Positions 10,775-23,489 of a stretch of DNA of 64,000 nt are shown piece after piece. The notes beneath the pieces were generated by a model that saw only the letters and a program-made list of their open reading frames with translations, searched no databases and was not told the DNA's origin. Every line of letters begins with the position of its first letter. The stretch's first letter is position 1. The position numbers and the translations under genes are program-made. The DNA is from Podospora anserina (taxonomy: Eukaryota), in assembly GCA_017654855.1 (NCBI GenBank), contig CM030338.1, forward strand, positions 4,092,001 to 4,156,000. Reading direction: 5' to 3'.

Positions 10775-12589
10775 TCAGCCCTTCTTCTCGGACCCCAACT
10801 CCCTGCTATCAAAGACTAGCCTTAGAGCCCTGGGGTACAATGGCCCGGCCTGGATAGAAAGATAAACACGGCCTGCAGTTAGCGCATGATTCCCGTAACT
10901 GGTAGGTAACCTTTCGAGGCGAGAAGACGGGACCTACTGGTGTCTTTCTGTCAATCCACTCCGGATCCAGCATCCACATGAACGCCCCCAGTAGCTTGCA
11001 CAGTGTGACCCTCATCTGCAACAGAGCAAACTTTTCCCCGAGACAGGCTCTGCGGCCCCCATGGAAAGAAATAAACTCTGCTTTAGATTTGCGTAACCGG
11101 AGCTGCTTCTGGATGGATGTTACATCACCGCCCCAACGAGAAGGATCAAACTGGTCTGCTGTCGGTCCCCAAGCTTCCGGGTCCCGGTTTGTCGAGTAGC
11201 AGTTGTATCCAACGTATGTGCCGCTGGGGATTACAATGGAAGCGTGGCCAAGGAGCGTGTCCTGGGAGGTGCGCCGATTGATGAGCTGGCCGATGGGAGG
11301 AAAGAGACGCAGACTCTCGAGAATAACAGCAGTCAGGAGCGGGAGGTTGGTCAGCATTTCAATGTTTTGAGCTAGCGCGGGGATTGAAAGTCCTGTAGAC
11401 ACGAGTTCTTCATAAAGTCTGGCTTGAATTTCCTAAACAGCTCGTCAGCTTTGGTTTACATTCGGACCAACACAGTGCACCTACAGGATGCTTGGCTAGC
11501 AAGTAAAGAGTGGATATCAGGCACAGTTGGGGATTTTCCTGGCCAGCTACAAAGAGAACTGTCAAGTTGTCATGCATCTTTTTTTCATCCCACTGACCGG
11601 ACTGGTGAGCATCTAGCAGCCGGCGGCCCAATCCATCTTTGGGCCAGGGCGCTGACGATTTTGCGGAGGAGGGATCGTGGCTTTCGATCAAAGCATCCCT
11701 GAGGGCGCCTCGAAACTTGTCCACAGTTTTCCTGGCACGTAACCGACTTGGAAATGGAAACTGGTCCAAAATGGGAAAGTTCATAAAGATGGGCTTGAAA
11801 ATCTCACGCTTGACTGCCGATTGCAGAATGTTGATGGGTGCGTTGTCCGAGAGAGCCTAGTAGCACCGAGTGTTAATCTCACGTGTGGTCTTTTTTCCAG
11901 CGTTTTGTGAAAGGACGTAAGAATGTACTTGCATCAAAGTTGGTCTGCAAAATGACCTCAGAGCAGTTGGCCACGGAATACCGCTGAAGCAACTCCTGAA
12001 CAGCAACGCCACGGCCTCTTCCACCGCGCGACTGGGCATCTTTCACGAGCATGCACAATTTGTCGGCATTCAATGCGATCTTGTCCACCTCGAAATTGTT
12101 TCGTTGCAGCCCTGGCCGGATGACAGACTGGTATTTCTTCCAGACTTGACCATGGCTAGAGATGATGTTGTCGCCTAAGGTGGTACCCTGTGTCAGCTAT
12201 TTTGCCCGTGTTCATTGAAGAGAAGCAAACAATAATTAGGTACCAAGAAACTGTGCCAAAACACTATGAGGGATCTTTTTTTGATTCCCGCTCTTTTCGT
12301 ACAGGTCTTCGTCCTTGAAGATCTCGGCGATGTAAGAGGGCTTGTGCACCAAAATATTCCATTGAGCCGCAAAGAAGAACTTGACAGCGCCGTGAGTGCG
12401 AAGTGGCTTGTCGATATATTGACGAAAAATGTCGGACTGGTCGACATCCTTGAAAAAGGGAATGAGGGCTACCCAAAAGGGGATGGTAGGGATGTTCTCG
12501 GGGTATCTTGGTGGTAGCAAGAAGATATAATAGACTAGGAAAATAGCGATGGCTGCGAGAAGCAGTAGCTCTGCAATGAATCCCAACAT
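10775..12589 (-). CDS. dit2: Cytochrome P450, CYP56/DIT2-like (5 exons: 12589-12244, 12174-11933, 11856-11485, 11432-10938, 10849-10775)
   Basis: N-terminal TM helix, I-helix FVAGQEN, ExxR (ESLR), heme motif FHGGRRACLG; YEKSGNQKKIPHSVLA and GPLYP are typical of Dit2; adjacent to dit1. Confidence 0.9.
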
Positions 12590-13266
12590 TGTTGTGGTCT
12601 GCTATGTGATCTAGAAGATGAGACTCACGGCTGCTTGCAGTTCAACCTTTCGGGATATAAAGCATAACCTAGATGATCGTCGCGCTCAAAATAGCAGGTA
12701 CGCGATGAATATTCATATATGGGCACTGTATTGGTCGCAGATAGGTCGCATTTCGCTGCTGCGCACGTGTGGCCCAATGCAATGGGAGAGGAGGTGCAGC
12801 GGCAGGGGGGCTAGGTTAGCGCTAACACGCAGCGAGGCTGGAGGGATGGAATGGGGATGAGGCCTGTATTACTCGGGACCCCAGCTGCACCTCAGCATGA
12901 TGTGAAGCCGTATGTTTTTGAAGAGGTCGAGATGGATTGCTGCTGTGTCCCGTAGGCTGTGGCAGGTGCTGCGCCCTCACACACCCCGGGCTATGGAGGT
13001 GCTGGAGTATGAAGTCGGAGGCCCGGGCGGCCGGCCGGCTGTCCGCTGTGAGTAGGTTATTGTCTTTAGGTAGCGCTTTTCTCGGTGTGACCAGCCCGGA
13101 ATTCCTTGAACTGAACCCAGCTTAACCCTCTCCCTTTTCTGTTTTTTATAAAATAAAAAAAAGTAGAAGAAAACGGAATACCTGTTCTATTCCATTTTGC
13201 TTCTCAGTTCACAAAACCTGTTCATCCCTAATTGGCCCTGTCAATTTGCTGGGGCATGCCTGCAGA

Positions 13267-15330
13267 ATGGTAAGGTTTGAGCTCACCGTCCAGATAGGAC
13301 GCTCTCGACAATCTTCTCCGCACAGAGCATCTTCCTCTCAGTCCAGATCAAGATCAAGATCACGCACCCGCCATAGTCGCCCCCATTCTCCCGAAGACAG
13401 AATCCCTCTAGTTGAACGTGTTCCCCCTCCTGCTCGTGATGATGACCCGGCCTCGATATCCCTGCCTCCTTCCCCGACAGACAATACTCCCGAGAAAAAC
13501 TCTTTACCTTTAGGTCCCCGATCCTCCCATCAACACCTTTCCACGTCCAATAATGAGTCTTTACCGAATGGCCCGCCACCAGCAGACGAGCCGCCGGGCC
13601 TGAATCCGAGTCCGAAGCAGGATGGGTCTGGGTCTTACACCGATTTCTCCCCTCTCCGTCGAAAGTTCATCTTGTCTGCTATAACGATTGCTGGATTCTT
13701 CGGGCCATTGGCGGGAGGTATATATCTTCCTGCCTTGCCGGTGCTGGAAAAAGAGTTCAATGTTAGCCCAACCGCCATCAATGTGACGGTTTCAGTGTTC
13801 ATGATGACTTTTGCGTTCGGTGTAAGCCTTTACCCTCCCCCATCCCATCAACAGACAACATAGATGCTGATGTCGTCTACAGCCGCTATTCTGGTCCACT
13901 TTTGCAGATTGGAAGGGTCGCCGTCCATTGTACTTGATAAGCCTTGCCATTTACATCTTGGCGAACGTGCTTCTTGCTGTAGTACCAGCAAACTACGGAG
14001 CACTGGTGTTTTTGAGGGTCGTGCAGGCGTTTGGCAGTGCTAGTGTTGTTAGCATGGGGGCAGGGACAGTTGCTGACGTGGGTAGATATATTCGCCTTTC
14101 TCGTTGCCAACTTGCTAACGTCAGTCCATCCCAGATCACGGAGCCGAAGAAGCGAGCATTCGCAATGAGCATTTTTCTCATGGGCCCTCAATGCGGTCCT
14201 GTCCTGGGTCCCGTGTTGGGTGGTGCATTGGCAGAGGCGAACTGGAGATGGATTTTCGGATTTCTTGGTGTGTTCTTCCCTGCATGATGTGCGTCCGCCG
14301 ACTAACGAGGTGCCAAAGCGATTTCTAGCGGCATACTTTGGCTTGTGATTCTCTCTTCTCTCCCTGAGACTCTTCGCGCCCGCGTGGGCGGAGGCCGTAT
14401 CTACACAGAACGGCCCATCTTCTTTTGGCCCCCTTCCATGTCTTCACCTCTCGCGCCGAGGTGGGAAAGGGGTCCTCCACCGCCCATCCCAACCCTCAAA
14501 GGGTATTGGAACCTGTTCATTTACCCTCCCATCGGCATCGTCAGCTTCAACACTGCTATGCTTTACTCTACCTACTTCGCCATTGCCGTACAACTTCCGA
14601 CCGAGCTGAGTCAGCGATACAAATGGGGCCCATCGGGAATCGGCGCTGGCTTTCTGGCGGTAGGAATTGCTATGATTGTGGGGAGTTTGCTTGGTGGTAG
14701 AGCCTCGGACTGGAGAAGGGCGAGGGCAGCAGAGCAACTGCCAGAGGACACCAAGATTGATCCAGAGTTTAGACTTGTGGACCAGATCTGGGGCGTGTTG
14801 ATTTGTGTGTTGGGGACTCTGCTATATGGATGGATGGTGGATGGTAGCAAACATCCAGCAGCAGTTTTGTTTGCCACATTTTTGAGTATGTACTCCTGTC
14901 AGATAACTTCCGCCGCAACGGGAAACTAACCAGCGGTATTTAACAGCCGGATTTGGGATGAATTGGGTCTTTGTCACCACTACAGCATTCTTGACCGAAT
15001 GTGTTGCTCAACAGGCGGCAGGAGCGTTTGCGCTGGGAAATTTGCTGAGAAACCCCTGGGCTGCCATTGTGTCGGTGATAACACCAACACTGGTGGCCAA
15101 GATGGGGAGTGGATGGTGCTTTACGGGGCTGGCGGTCTTGGATCTGCTCCTGGTTGGAACTGCGGTTATTGGTACGTGCAACTTGTTGAGTAGCAGAGCT
15201 CTGGCTTGAATGGAGAACTAATATTGTTTCTGTAGTTCTCAGACTAAAATGCCCTGGCTGGCGTGCGGATAGGGCGGCCAAGATGCAGCTGGCTGGCAAG
15301 AAAGCCGGAGGTCCGGCGGCTGTTCCTTAA
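13267..15330 (+). CDS. MFS drug:H+ antiporter (DHA1), DTR1/QDR-like, multi-exon; start codon uncertain
   Basis: IYLPALP, ADWKGRRP, LRVVQAFG, GPVLGPVLGG, LPETLR motifs; divergent from the CYP56. Confidence 0.85.
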
Positions 15331-16082
15331 GAACGGTCTTTGGCAAGTGGAAAAAGTTCGGGGCATAAAAATATAACCAACACGCCTGTCGACGATCTTT
15401 CAAAGCCTTGCAATTATCTTTTGAAATCTCTCGAAAAATTTAAAAGCCTAATGATTATCTTTCAGGGCTTTCTTCCCCAATCAAAGCCTCTATTTTACTG
15501 TCCCCACAGCGTGGTTTGGGCAAGCGCACCAGGCTTTGGTTGGGAGATGAAAGATGGCCGAGGAGAGCTGAATGGTCCGATGGACCGGCCATATAGTCAT
15601 TGCTTGGGCTGATGGGCGTTGAATAAGATTAGACAAAATAACTCCTTGCGCATTCTTCTTCATCACTAATGTGACCATCCATGGGTGGATCTTTTTCACC
15701 ACCTCATCTCACTGCATGCTGGATGCTGATCGGTGACAAGCTTCCCACGAGGCTAGAGTGGGTGAGTGGCTACTCAAAGCCTGACTGTCGCATGGCCATC
15801 TGAATCCAGAGCGGCGGGATCAACGCAAACGCACATTGACGATCGTAGCACGGTAGTCGGTAGAGCGAGTGTGACAGAAGGCGGAGAAGTTGTCTCCCAC
15901 GACCACGATCGATATTGCTCGATCCTCCATCCCCACAACTAAAGATATGACCACCTCAACAACGCCCCCAGCGGCATCGGCAACGGAGATGTTGCTTGCG
16001 CTCGAGTTCTGACAACTCAGCCCTGCAGCCGAAAACGAAAAAGGAGGGGGCGTGTGCAGAAGAAACAGGTGACCAGGGGGGG

Positions 16083-16303
16083 TTATCAGATCGCTTGGTC
16101 TTTGACGGAGAATGTGGACACACCGCGGCATTTTGACCAGTTCGGCTAAGGTGTTTAGCCCGTCTGGCTCTTTTCGCTGTTCTTTAGGTAACAGAAGACG
16201 CGAGATGTGTCTTTGCAAGCGATTTCGGCTTCGACGGCGGTTCAGGTCGTTGTGGGGCCATTGGTTGTTCCAGCCAATCGCGAGCACCAACCCGATCTGA
16301 TAA
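16083..16303. promoter_or_regulatory. Two SreA-type GATA sites (ATCWGATAA) upstream of the GNAT gene
   Basis: TTATCAGAT at 16083-16091 (reverse strand) and ATCTGATAA at 16295-16303. Confidence 0.45.
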
Positions 16304-16993
16304 CTTTATTTTCTCCTCCACCAAGGACACCGCGGTGGGTCCTGTTCCACTGCGCCTTGGGAAAAAACGACTGAGTGGAAAAACCATCACACGACGCCAA
16401 GTGACCACCCACAATGAAACCCCTCCTCCACCTGAACATTTCTCCATGGACTCGATAATCTGCAGGTGTTCATTGTTGGCAACAGCGCGCATGTACCTAG
16501 CATGAGACTGGAGGGGAAACGACCCTTCGATCTCTCTCTTTTGTACCGGTAGGCTGGAGGATGGCGGTAGTCAACAACCGACACGAGGATGCAAAGCATC
16601 CACCAGCGGAAACAGAGCCAAAATTGGCGCATGGCCCGTCCCTCTGCATGGTCCTCTCAACTCTCCAGGCTCATCTAGACCAGGATCATGATGGACGGGA
16701 ACAGTGATGCCACACGTGGCTAATCGATAGTCTGAATGTCGCCGTTGCGTCGCTGCCACCCCAAAGAGCCTGCAGCTGAATTTGGACCTTCTCCAGGGTA
16801 ACCCGGATGGCGGGACAGTCCAGTCCCCTTCATGTTTTTGTTGGTTCGCTTCCGATCTAACGTTTGGCGTCCCTACATATAACAGTGCTCTCATCCTGGA
16901 TTCTGTCATCGGGTCTCTTGCTCGTTCCGGTTGAAGCATACCTTTTCCAAACCACCCAAGCCAGCTCCCCCAAACCCCCAGCAAACCGTCAAG

Positions 16994-17796
16994 ATGGTCC
17001 ACGTCGTCCTCCCCGCCCTCATTCCCGACATCAAGCGCGTGTATGATTCCTACTTTGCCGCCTTCCACCATGACCCCATGGGCGAGATCATGCTCAACAT
17101 CCTCTTCCCCGGAGGCAATGTGAACTCACCAGAGTTCCGTGAGGAACACGCCAAGGGCACCCTCGCTTGGTGGCATCAGTCTGATTCCCAATACACCTAC
17201 AAGTGCGTCGACACCGACAATGGCGACATTGTCGGCATGGGTCTCATCGATGTGATTCTGCGCCGCCGCTCCGTGGAGGAGCGCGCCTTCCAAGGTGTTC
17301 CATGGCTCCAAGGCGAGGCCAAGGAGCGCGCTGAGAAGGTTCTCAAGCCCCTTCACGACATGCGTGAGCAGCTTTTTGGCGACCAGCAATACATCTGTAC
17401 GTCTTCCCACGGACCCATTTACGGGATAGAATTGCTAACACGAGATGCTCTTGTCCAGATGCCCACGTCATCGGTGTCCTCCCCGAACACCAGGGCAAAC
17501 AGGCCGGTGCCGCCCTTGCTGGCTGGGGTCTCAGCTTCGTCGACTATACCAACCTGCCCATGTACTTTGAGGCCTCGCCCTCCTCGGTCGGCCTCTACGA
17601 GAAGCTGGGCTACGAGCGTCTCAAGGAGACCATCGTTCACAAGGCCGAGACGCTCGGCACTGCCACTGATATCTCGGTGCCTCTCATGGTCAAGATGCCC
17701 AAGTCTGCCGGTGGCATGAGCTTTTATGAGTGGAAGGAGAAGGGCTACCCCAAGTTCAACGCTGCCACTCCGGTCTCCAAGAAGCAGAAGCTCTAA
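16994..17796 (+). CDS. GNAT N-acetyltransferase, possibly SidG-like (intron 17397-17458)
   Basis: Motif A VIGVLPEHQGKQAG and motif B YFEASPSSVGLYEKLGY after splicing. Confidence 0.85.
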
Positions 17797-18560
17797 AGGA
17801 CAGGACCAGTTGGCTTTGTGATGAGTGGAGACGTAACAAATTGCTTCCTTTTGGGTTTCTGGGCGCGGGCTGGCATGGATTTATCAGGGCGTTTTGTTTT
17901 GGGTTGGGAAAACTGTGTATATAAACAGGTGTTTTGGTCCATGATATTTGGGGGCGGGAAATGACAGCTCATTGTATCCGTACCTGACTCTGTTGCCAAA
18001 TTGATGTGTCGCCCTGGAATGCAGCCGACGAAACGAGCATGTCCCGATACCGGCTGGCCGTCGGTGTGCGGATGGCAGGGACGACAGGGACGGCATCCCA
18101 CGATCAAAACTTTTCTCCTCGGTTGCGGGCGGGTGGGTTGTGGGACCCCTGTCGAGTGCCAAGTCGAATTATCAATCGGACCATGGAGATAATCTTGAGA
18201 GCCACCTCTGGGCCCCCCACACCATCCCAGCCGGGATACGGAGAACAGCTCTCTGCAATGCAGCCATGGCACCGTGCTGGAGAAAAAAGTGCGCAAAAAA
18301 GTGCGCTTTACCACTCCCCTCGCCAGGGGTGTTTATCCAACACTGGTCGGCGGTTGTCTCCTGTTCCGTACCAGATTGCCGTGCTGTCTCCAGTTCTTTC
18401 CGACCCTTGCGGCCCATATTGAGCATGGTGTACCTGGAGGGGTTGCTTTTGTGTGTTTTCGACGGGACGGCAGTGAGCATATAGAATGACGTTCTCGGCA
18501 CCACAGGGTCGCCGACATCCTGCTGGTGAGTGACAGTGCCCAACCCAGACAGTTCCCGCC

Positions 18561-20001
18561 ATGGCCGAAAAACCACCACAGAGGATGACGCTGCTCCAGC
18601 GGCTGCGAAAGGCCATCCTGTTCCTCAGGCTGGTGGGTTATGGTCTTCGCACATACTACAACTTCTTTTCCCGCAGTCTGTCGGCCAAGATTGCGAACCG
18701 ACTCGCAAAGTCGGACGCGTCCATCGGTCCAAACGACGTCAAAAACATTGTCATCGTTGGAGCTGCCTTCTCAGGCCTCTACGCTGCGCGCCTCCTGGCC
18801 GGCGCCGTGCCCCGAGATGGCCGCTACCGCATCGTCGTGATCGAGCCAAACAGCCACTTCAACTTCACCTGGGTCTTCCCTCGCTTTTGCGTCGTCGAAG
18901 GCCATGAGCACAAAGCCTTCATTCCCTACAGCCCCGACTTTTTTGACATGGGGCCCAAGGGGCTGGTGCAATGGGTACGTGACCGTGTGACCAGTCTCAC
19001 AAGGGAGAACGTGCTCCTGCGGAGTGGCGAGGTGATCCCGTACGATTATCTTATCATAGCCACCGGATCCAACGTCGCCGATGGTCTTCCGTCCCGCGCC
19101 GGCGTGGAGGACAAGGAGGAGGCGATTGAGCTGCTGAAAGCAATGCAGGAGCGCGTCAAGAATGCCAGCCACATTGTCATCGCCGGAGGTGGCGCTGCGG
19201 GCGTCGAAACGGCCACGGATGCAAAGGACCGATATCCGGGCAAGTCTGTCACCATTGTGCACTCTCGGCAAACCTTGATGCACCGTTTCGGCAACGGACT
19301 GCAACAGGGTACCTCGGAAGCCATGGAAAGACTGGGCGTCAACGTCATCCTCGGCGAGAAGGTGCTTCCAGAGTCTGTAGACGGAAAGTTCATCACACTG
19401 AGCTCGGGACAAAAGATTGAGTGTGACTGCTTCGTAGGTTTATTTTTGATACCACAAATCGAGATTCGATGCTGACAAGACACTGCTGATAGATCAACTG
19501 CACCGGGCAAAAGCCCGCCTCCGGCATCGTCGCGAGCCTCGCGCCAAACACAATCGCCCCGTCCGGTCACATTCGGGTCAAGCCCAACCTTCAAATCGAT
19601 GACGATTCCCTTCCGAATGTATATGTCTGCGGTGACGTCGCCCAGGCCAAGGTGCGGAATCCCAACTCGCGAGTGGCGGCGCGCCAGGCCGAGATCTGCG
19701 CCGACAACGTGGTGCGGGCCGTTAAGGGCAAGAAGCCCAAATACGTCTTTACCGAGGGGTTTGGCGATGGCGTGATCAAGTTGACTTTGGGTTTGGTATG
19801 TCGAAGCCTCCAAGTGGCCGCAAAGTAAGAATCACTGGCTAACGCTGGGCAAAACAGGACCGGTCCATCACGCAGTATTTCGATGGCAAATCGGAGCTTC
19901 TGTTCCCTGCCGAAGAACCCGATCTTGACCTCATGTGCAAGGGAACGTGGGCTGCCATGGGAGCAAGGCCTTTTGAGGATACTGGCGTGTACTCTGAGTG
20001 A
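18561..20001 (+). CDS. AMID/AIFM2-like FAD-dependent pyridine nucleotide-disulphide oxidoreductase (3 exons)
   Basis: NIVIVGAAFSG, YDYLIIATGS, IAGGGAAGVE, NCTGQKP, VYVCGDVA. Confidence 0.88.
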
Positions 20002-20818
20002 AGGCGATAGTCAAGGACATCAGGTTGCGGGATGTGTTGCTCCACTGAGCATGGCGGAAAGTCGCAAGCCCGTGTGGTGATGATGGGCAATGTCCTGGCT
20101 TTGTGCTTCCACAGCGAGCCAACTTCCGCAGCAAGCCAACAGTTCATCGATTGGCACGTCCAATGACAGGAGTCTTGGGCCAAGATGAACACCAGGACAC
20201 GCCGCAAAGCCAGCCAGCAAACCAGGTCGCGTTCAGAGGCGGTGTCAGATACATCGGTGCTGCTACGCTGACGCGAGATGGGAAGAATTACGCGAGGTCG
20301 TCGAGCAGGGCATCGCTCTGGGCGCGGCGAGCTTGCATCTCGAAAGGCTGGCAGCTTTTTGCAGGCAGATAGATGAGTGGTCTGTGTCGAGTGTCCAAAC
20401 ATTAGCAAGGAGATGACAAAAACGTTTGGCTCGAAGCCTGCGGTGCCTGGGAGTGAAGCATCATGTCAAGTACCGCTGGTGGCGTTGGGAACGATCAGCC
20501 ACGCTATCAGGCACTGCGACAGTAACGACAAGTAAATAATGTTTCAATAAATCGAGTTGACAGAGGCATTTCCAATGCTGATCATATGTACAAGTGCAAA
20601 TTGAAGAATGCTCAGGTCCAGGTGGTGCCAGCTCCAGAGCTTGGAGCTTAGAGTGCCCCCACTTTTTTCTCCAACAGGCACCTTGACGGACACCGCTTGT
20701 ACGACCCCACGCACCGATATGTCCAATCTTGTCACCTCCAATTCCATCCCAATGCAACAACAGACCATTACAGCGACCAGCACCAGAGGTACGTCCCCCA
20801 TTTCCCCATTTCCTGCCT

Positions 20819-22924
20819 CTATTCTAACTCGGTCGTGTTGAACAGGCGCGCCCCCGTGTCAGTCACCCCTTTCCCCGTGAACTTGTTGTCGGATAGCCGA
20901 AAGGCCACAACGTCCACCTTCGGCTCGCCTTGATGCAGTTGGTGGAGGACTCCCTCAGGACCGGCAGCAACCGCCTTGGCCTGGATAACCCCAGCCATCA
21001 CCACAATACCTACTCTGGAATTCAGGCCGCGAATGTGTCGCACAAACTCGACAATGCTTTTGCCAGTGTTGACCACCGAGTCGACCAGCAGAACCGTCTC
21101 GAGCCCCAACAAGTGACGCGCTTCGACGTCTTCTGGCCTTTTGGCATGGAGAAAAATGGCAAGCGGAAGCACATCACTGATACCGAATGCCATGGGCTCG
21201 CCCCCGCGCATAAGGGCCACAATCGCTGTCTTCTTCTCGTTCTTTACGCGATGGCCAAGTGTCTGATGCCCCTGAACGTGCGGAATCTCGTACTCCTCGG
21301 TGCCAACGACATCCGGCAATAGCTCTGTTGCAAGATACCGCCCCACGAGTCGATGTGCCTCGCGCAGTGCCGGCCCCGAAACTCTTGCGTCACGCGTGGC
21401 TGTTGTCAGAAGCTTGGCAGCAGCTCTGCCTGTGGCATGAACGATGTGGTGTTCGGCAGTTGGCTGACGTCGGTGGTCACGTTGACGGGATATTTCGAAA
21501 AGAAATTCGGAGCTCTCGATATTGACAAGGGGAAGTCTTTCAACATCCTGGCGCGGTGCTGCAGTCTCTGGTAGCAAGACTTGTCGCGGACAAAAGTTAC
21601 CCGAGTCGATGGCCTGGAGCAAGTGCGTTTCCATGCTTCTGCTCCGCACATATTGCTCTCCTACCACTACAATAGCCTCGTCCGCTGCGCGCAACATGGG
21701 AATGTCCAAGGGGCTATCTCCAAAGGCCCATACATAGAGGCCATACATGTTTTGCAACCGCTCAACCAGCGACGCCTTGACTTGGGCTGTGACCACAAAC
21801 CCGTCCGAAATGCGCCCTCCGCCAATGACTTTGACTGTCCCCATCAACCCGTGATTCGCCAGGACGATCTCCCAAACACGCCGCAGACCGCACGTTACCA
21901 CCACTGCTGAGACATTCCTCTTGCGCTCAGCTGTTTGCAGCAGGGAAACCATTGCTGGATGCATCTTGACCAGGGACGCTATGTTCCGGCAAACCCCCTC
22001 AAAGACCTGCTCATCGGAGTATTGTTCATAGAGCAATGTTGCCTGGCGAAAGGCTGTGTACGAGTATCCCAGCTGGCTGCTGAAGAGCGTGGTCAAAGGA
22101 TCTTCGCACTTTCCTTCCAACGAGCTCGGATCGAGTAGATTCTTCTTCAGCATCACCTCCCAAAAAAGCTTGCCCGTATCCTGAGTAGCCAATGTTTTAT
22201 CGGCATCCAACACCAGCATTGTGCACGGCTGCTTGCAGTCCATCGTGAAGCCCGACCTGAGGCTGATGCTGTCTAGGCGATTCTGCGCAAGCCGTAGGTT
22301 GTGTTGGGAGCAATGGTGCTGAAAGTCCAGAAGAAGGTTGATCGTCCTCACCGACAGGGCCCCCCTTTCTGCTTCAGACAACGCAATGAACAGGATGCCG
22401 CTGCTACGACACAGCCGCTGGAGCTCCCTCTTTTCCGTTTTGGCCCAGTCGTCCAAGCGAGCCGGAGTCATTGTGGGCCGCTCTCTCCCCTTGTCGTCTT
22501 GACGGCGCAGCGAAACGATATCTGCCGCCGTGTCGAAGTAGATGACGTGGGTATAGGTTTCGAGGTCGGCCTTGGTGCAGACCCTGTGGTACTGCTGGTC
22601 TTTCTCGGACCAGAACATAAAATGACCGGCAACAACGGCAACCTTTTGGTTCTTGGTGGCCTCATTTGCAATGGCATTGATCGCAAGTTCACGATAGCGC
22701 GCTTTCTCGTCCTGGCTGGCCTGGTGGAAAGCGGCAAGGCCTCCTGGAAGCAGAGAGGCAATAGCTTGGGAGCCTTCATGAAAGCTGAATTGCTCCTCGC
22801 CCAGCCTGTTCTTCAACTCGACTAGCATGGACGACTTGCCACAGCCAGGGATGCCGTACACACCGACCACGACTGGTTTGCTGGCTTGAAGAGAGTTTTT
22901 GGGTCCTGAATATGGAGTCGCCAT
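20819..22924 (-). CDS. Fusion protein: P-loop kinase-like + HAD hydrolase + uracil-PRTase-like domain
   Basis: Walker A GIPGCGKS; HAD motif I DADKT and motif IV GDSPLD; PRTase ALMRGG, VLLVDSVVNTGKS, DTGARLF. Likely start is MATPYSG. Confidence 0.85.
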   Translation of the reverse strand: MATPYSGPKNSLQASKPVVVGVYGIPGCGKSSMLVELKNRLGEEQFSFHEGSQAIASLLPGGLAAFHQASQDEKARYRELAINAIANEATKNQKVAVVAGHFMFWSEKDQQYHRVCTKADLETYTHVIYFDTAADIVSLRRQDDKGRERPTMTPARLDDWAKTEKRELQRLCRSSGILFIALSEAERGALSVRTINLLLDFQHHCSQHNLRLAQNRLDSISLRSGFTMDCKQPCTMLVLDADKTLATQDTGKLFWEVMLKKNLLDPSSLEGKCEDPLTTLFSSQLGYSYTAFRQATLLYEQYSDEQVFEGVCRNIASLVKMHPAMVSLLQTAERKRNVSAVVVTCGLRRVWEIVLANHGLMGTVKVIGGGRISDGFVVTAQVKASLVERLQNMYGLYVWAFGDSPLDIPMLRAADEAIVVVGEQYVRSRSMETHLLQAIDSGNFCPRQVLLPETAAPRQDVERLPLVNIESSEFLFEISRQRDHRRQPTAEHHIVHATGRAAAKLLTTATRDARVSGPALREAHRLVGRYLATELLPDVVGTEEYEIPHVQGHQTLGHRVKNEKKTAIVALMRGGEPMAFGISDVLPLAIFLHAKRPEDVEARHLLGLETVLLVDSVVNTGKSIVEFVRHIRGLNSRVGIVVMAGVIQAKAVAAGPEGVLHQLHQGEPKVDVVAFRLSDNKFTGKGVTDTGARLFNTTELE

Positions 22925-23489
22925 CGTGTCGGCGTCAATATCACTTTGCTGCTGCTTGGAAACAACGGTGGCGAGCTGGAACGATGAGAGTATGCGTTTA
23001 ACATCTCTGTCTTTTCCTTGCCGGTGACGCCAACATATACTCGTCTGTCCATTCCCTCCCGTTCCCTCCCTTCCAGTCTCAGTTTGACTCGGCCGCTCGC
23101 GATGGTTGTAGGCCTCACTGCTTCCGCTCAGCAAACACTCGGATTCAGGTTGCACAAGTTGAGGCCTACCATGACTGCCCTGGTGCGCATTCTCGCACAT
23201 GCGTGTCTCCGGTGCTTTCTTTCGTCATGTTCATTCACCGCTCCCACCTCTTGTTGAATCATATCACCATCCTGGCTCACGTCACTATCCAAAGATGGAT
23301 ATGCACAGCGCAAACACGGAACAGGCTGAGACGATGCACTGGGGAACAAAGTTTTGGCCATGAAGCTTCATTACGATTCGTCAAGGTTTCATTCGTGTCA
23401 TATTATACATTAACCCACCCGGCTGGGCTGCCCCTGTTCGGCACCCTCACGGGTATCAAAATATACAAGGATCACTCCGTCCGCGTTAT

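Noticed and set aside
22925-23200. 92-aa N-terminal extension of the PRTase fusion ORF
   Set aside because: Low-information sequence before a good-context ATG; probably UTR.
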